Assembly (NCBI GenBank): GCA_947451115.1
Contig: CANFXV010000007.1
Coordinates: 3,171 to 67,170, forward strand
DNA: 64,000 nucleotides
Reading direction: 5' to 3'
Source of the DNA: Bacteroidota bacterium
GTDB taxonomy: Bacteria > Bacteroidota > Bacteroidia > Chitinophagales > Chitinophagaceae
A program made the position numbers and the translations under genes. Positions 61,501 through 64,000 of the stretch are shown here, piece after piece. The notes below the pieces were generated by a model that did no database searches, had not been told where the DNA came from, and saw nothing but the letters and a program-made list of their open reading frames with translations. The first letter of the stretch is position 1. Each line of letters opens with the position of its first letter.

Positions 61501-61927
61501 ATTTAGTCCCGACAGCATCAAAAAGGCAAAACTTAAAATGTATAATTTTACTTCCTCTGTGATAGCCTGGGGTAAGGGCAATGGACAATTTGATATTCAA
61601 AGACTACCAGCCGAAGTACAATATTCTTCATTGAATGCCTTATTGGCCTTAGATTTAAATGGAGACCATCAACTAGACCTAGTCATGGGGGGCAATCAGT
61701 TTGGATTTATTCCACAATTTGGAAGATTGGACGCTAACTACGGGCTTGTTTTAATGAACAAGGGCAATAGAAAATTTGAAGTTTTAGAAGATAAAGTTTC
61801 AGGCTTGTCCATTACAGGTCAGGTAAAAGATATCTTATCCTTACCCAATAAAAAAAATCCAAGGGTTTTGTTTATTCGTAACGACGATTTTCCAGTACTC
61901 ATGAATATTGATGCCCATTTCAAATGA
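58598..61927 (+). CDS. FG-GAP/VCBS-repeat lipoprotein with an ASPIC/UnbV domain
   Basis: Lipobox LSAC, many D-x-[ND]-x-DG-x-x-D repeats and a central AIGAK...RGFQSS...FGLG...IIWP segment. ATG at 58598. Confidence 0.85.
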   Translation: MQNCTHKIVFIFLTACVLSACQTKPSTALFEKMDQTGIQFTNTVVDDKENNIFKYRNFYNGAGVGIGDINNDGLPDVFFTANQGANKLFLNKGDFKFEDISAKAGFLDKKQWSTGVTMVDINHDGWLDIYVCNAGNMMHPALRKNQLFINNHNLTFTDSAAAYGLDNDGYTTHASFFDYDMDGDLDCFMVNNSPIPVNTLNYGNARNVRAENSTVADFLKGGGDHLYKNDHGHFVEVSKEAGIHGSLISFGLGVTVGDVNGDGWPDVYVSNDFFERDYLYINQKNGSFTDELEKYTEHNSIASMGTDMADINNDGYPDIFTTEMLPDDEQRLKTTTSFDNIDIYRLKVASGFYHQFMHNALQLNNKNGKFKEVAHYAGVQASDWSWGEMIFDADNDGYNDIYVSNGIYRDLTNQDFIDFFANNMIQKMVLTGKKEEISSIISKMSSQPIANKMFHNNGDLSFKESAKDWGLAIPSFSNGAAYGDLNNDGALDMVVNNNNMPAFIFKNNSRAVNKNHYLSIRLQGLAQNTYAIGAKINLYVQGQILSKELIPARGFQSSVDYQQVFGLGKNTKVDSVKIIWPNLTQSVFAIQKIDTVYHFNQNNTTSTPLRINTLATKPLMVEQAANFDRHVENDHVDFYAERIIPRMLSQEGPRATSGDLNGDGLLDVYIGGAAGKGGAIYLQNKEGQFIKKATPAFDPFKNFEDVAAEFFDADKDGDVDLLIGAGGNDRLPNSGELNHRLFLNDGKGNFTYKENAFPNFSYNTGVLLPFDIDGDGDLDVFAGARNTPFKYGVSPASSIYINDGKGNFTEQTNNIAPSFSSLGMVTAAVWGDVMGKHKNQLVVVGDYMYPAIYSYSNGQLVEEKSNLTDLFGWWQTIKIADLDGDGKMDLILGNMGENGYLKPSPAAPVKLWMYDFDGNESLDKILTRSIGGKDYTVFLKAEMQEQVPLIKKENLNYKDYAAKTFQELFSPDSIKKAKLKMYNFTSSVIAWGKGNGQFDIQRLPAEVQYSSLNALLALDLNGDHQLDLVMGGNQFGFIPQFGRLDANYGLVLMNKGNRKFEVLEDKVSGLSITGQVKDILSLPNKKNPRVLFIRNDDFPVLMNIDAHFK

Positions 61928-64000
61928 AAATAAATTTTCAAAATAAAGGATTAATCATCATTGCAGTTGGTATCAATCTGCTACTATTTGCCTGTACCCC
62001 AGCAAAAAAGGAAGCCCCTTTATTTGAAATGCTCAATGCTCAAAAAACTGGCATTCAATTTGAAAACAGGCTGCATCCCAATGAGCAGTTCAATATGTTC
62101 CATTATATGTATTATTACAATGGTGCTGGCGTGGGTGTGGGAGATTTTAATAAGGATGGTAATATTGATATCTTTTTCGCCTCGAATGAAGGGGCCAATC
62201 AAATGTATTTGAACAAGGGCCAATTGAAATTTGAAAATACGACCACCGCTTCACAAATACCACAGGACAGTGCTTGGAATACAGGTGTATCCATCATTGA
62301 CATCAACAACGATGGCTTATTAGATATCTATATATGCAGACTAGGTAATTTTGAAAAATTTAAAGACAAAAATCAATTGCTGGTTTGTCAAGCAATAAAA
62401 AATGGAGTGCCCATATATAAAGACGAAGCCAAGGAATATGGATTAGACTTTTCTGGCTTTAGTACCCAGGCTAGTTTTTTTGATTATGACAATGATGGCG
62501 ATTTAGATGTTTTTTTATTGAATCATTCGGTGCACCAAAATGGTACTTTTGCCCCAAGAAAAAATTTCATAGGCACTTTTGACCCGCTTTCAGGAGACCG
62601 TATTTTTAGAAATGATCATGGTCATTACAAAGATGTCACTGCTTCTACCAAAATAAACAGCAATGCCATTAGTTATGGATTGGGGGTGGTGGTTAGCGAC
62701 TTAAATTTAGATGGCTGGCCAGATATTTATGCGGGCAATGATTTTCATGAAAATGATTATTTGTACCTGAATCAAAAAAATGGAACTTTTAAAGATGAGC
62801 GGGACAATGCAATGATGCACAGTAGCCAATACTCCATGGGGGTAGATGCTGGCGATTTAAACAATGATGGCTTTCCAGAAGTTATTTCAATGGATATGTT
62901 ACCCAAAGATCCTTACATATTAAAAAGGTCCTTGGGGGAAGACGATTATGATATTTATAAATACAAAATATCAGTAGGGTACGATTATCAATTTACCCGA
63001 AATAATTTACAATGGAATAGAAGGAATGGCCAGTTCAGTGAAATAGGCATGTACGCTGGCATTTTTGCTACTGATTGGTCTTGGGCCACTTTGATGATGG
63101 ACTTTGACAATGATGGTTATAAGGATATTTTTATCGCCAATGGTATTCCAAAGCGAATGAATGACATGGATTACGTCAATTATGTTTCCAATCAAGAAAT
63201 TCAAGAAAAAATTAGGGATAATAAAATGGGTGATAAGGATATGGCTTTAATTGACAAGTTTCCAGAAATTAAAATTCCCAATCAATTCTTTTTAAATAAG
63301 CATAGTTTATTCTTTGATGACAAAGAAAAAAATATTGTCAACAATCCCCCTTCTTATTCCAATGGAGCGGCTTATGCCGACTTTGACAATGATGGTGATT
63401 TAGATTTAGTAGTAAACAATGTGAATGACAAGTCTTTTATCTATGAAAACCAACAAAACATAAATCCTAAAAATGAATTTGTTGCGATTGATTTAAAAGG
63501 ACCAGAAAAAAATTACAATGCGCTGGGTTCAAAAATTATTGTTTTTACAGGCGGAGAAATAAGAACCTATGAAAAATATCCCGTTAAAGGATTTTTATCA
63601 AGCATGGAAATCCCAATCCATATTGGATTAAATAATACCAAGGTAGATTCTGCTTTTTTAATTTGGCCTAATAGTACTTACCAAAAGCTAGACCTCAACA
63701 AAAACAGAAATAAAACCCTACATTTTGATTTTGCAAAAGGCTTACCCTTGTTTAATTACAATAGCATTACGCATCATTATCTCATCAAGGGCAATCCTCT
63801 AGAGGACATTACTGCACAAACAGGGGTTCAGTTTTTACATCAAGAAAATGAATTTCAAGAATTCAATAGAGAGCAATTGATACCACAAATGAATTCTACC
63901 GAAGGCCCTGCCTTGGCGGTGGGCGATGTTAATCATGATTTACTAGAAGATATTTTTATTGGGGGTGCCAGAGGACAGGCAGGAGCGCTTTTTTTGCAAG
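61924..64000 (+). CDS. Second FG-GAP/VCBS ASPIC/UnbV lipoprotein (3' truncated, absent from the ORF track)
   Basis: ATGA overlap with the previous stop. Hand translation gives MKINFQNKGLIIIAVGINLLLFACTP...TGIQFEN...YYYNGAGVGVGDFNKDG, and the frame appears open to the window end. Confidence 0.85.
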   Translation, partial: MKINFQNKGLIIIAVGINLLLFACTPAKKEAPLFEMLNAQKTGIQFENRLHPNEQFNMFHYMYYYNGAGVGVGDFNKDGNIDIFFASNEGANQMYLNKGQLKFENTTTASQIPQDSAWNTGVSIIDINNDGLLDIYICRLGNFEKFKDKNQLLVCQAIKNGVPIYKDEAKEYGLDFSGFSTQASFFDYDNDGDLDVFLLNHSVHQNGTFAPRKNFIGTFDPLSGDRIFRNDHGHYKDVTASTKINSNAISYGLGVVVSDLNLDGWPDIYAGNDFHENDYLYLNQKNGTFKDERDNAMMHSSQYSMGVDAGDLNNDGFPEVISMDMLPKDPYILKRSLGEDDYDIYKYKISVGYDYQFTRNNLQWNRRNGQFSEIGMYAGIFATDWSWATLMMDFDNDGYKDIFIANGIPKRMNDMDYVNYVSNQEIQEKIRDNKMGDKDMALIDKFPEIKIPNQFFLNKHSLFFDDKEKNIVNNPPSYSNGAAYADFDNDGDLDLVVNNVNDKSFIYENQQNINPKNEFVAIDLKGPEKNYNALGSKIIVFTGGEIRTYEKYPVKGFLSSMEIPIHIGLNNTKVDSAFLIWPNSTYQKLDLNKNRNKTLHFDFAKGLPLFNYNSITHHYLIKGNPLEDITAQTGVQFLHQENEFQEFNREQLIPQMNSTEGPALAVGDVNHDLLEDIFIGGARGQAGALFLQ

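Noticed and set aside
800-63204. Many 60-150 aa antisense or alternate-frame ORFs in the track (e.g. 18548-18988, 38351-38797, 48273-48707)
   Set aside because: They overlap well-supported genes and show no recognisable motifs, so they are treated as shadow ORFs.
58598-64000. Recurring GAT..AAT..GATGG DNA motifs resembling a repeat array
   Set aside because: They encode FG-GAP DxNxDG protein repeats, are degenerate at the DNA level and are irregularly spaced, so this is not CRISPR.

Overview
AT-rich, densely packed chromosomal segment of a Bacteroidota bacterium. It is probably Chitinophagaceae-like (inferred from gldE/gldD, SusC/SusD, TAnnTTTG promoters and the extended RpsP). Most of the content is core genome: gldE-gldD, lutB, purH/upp/ade, comEC, trmD, Tat-exported SOD, lptF/G, ffh-rpsP-rimM, 1-Cys peroxiredoxin, RNA-modification genes, hisS, a complete nuoA-N operon with a short NuoG, exbB-exbD-exbD-tonB and mnmE. 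The window ends in the start of a LacI-associated SusC/SusD locus with tandem FG-GAP/ASPIC-UnbV lipoproteins; the second of these is missing from the ORF track because it runs off the window. I saw no tRNA, rRNA, CRISPR, prophage or mobile element. The leads most worth checking are: (1) an unidentified three-stem RNA structure after the peroxiredoxin gene; (2) the SusCD/ASPIC-UnbV locus with a HAD enzyme carrying DxN instead of DxD; (3) an orphan PstS-like lipoprotein/TPR module separated from its likely Ton motor by the nuo operon; (4) an apparent 8.2 kb inversion that split trmD from ffh-rpsP-rimM; (5) promoters abutting start codons, suggesting leaderless mRNAs; (6) truncated NuoG and ComEC. 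All calls come from motif recognition by eye, and no database search was run.
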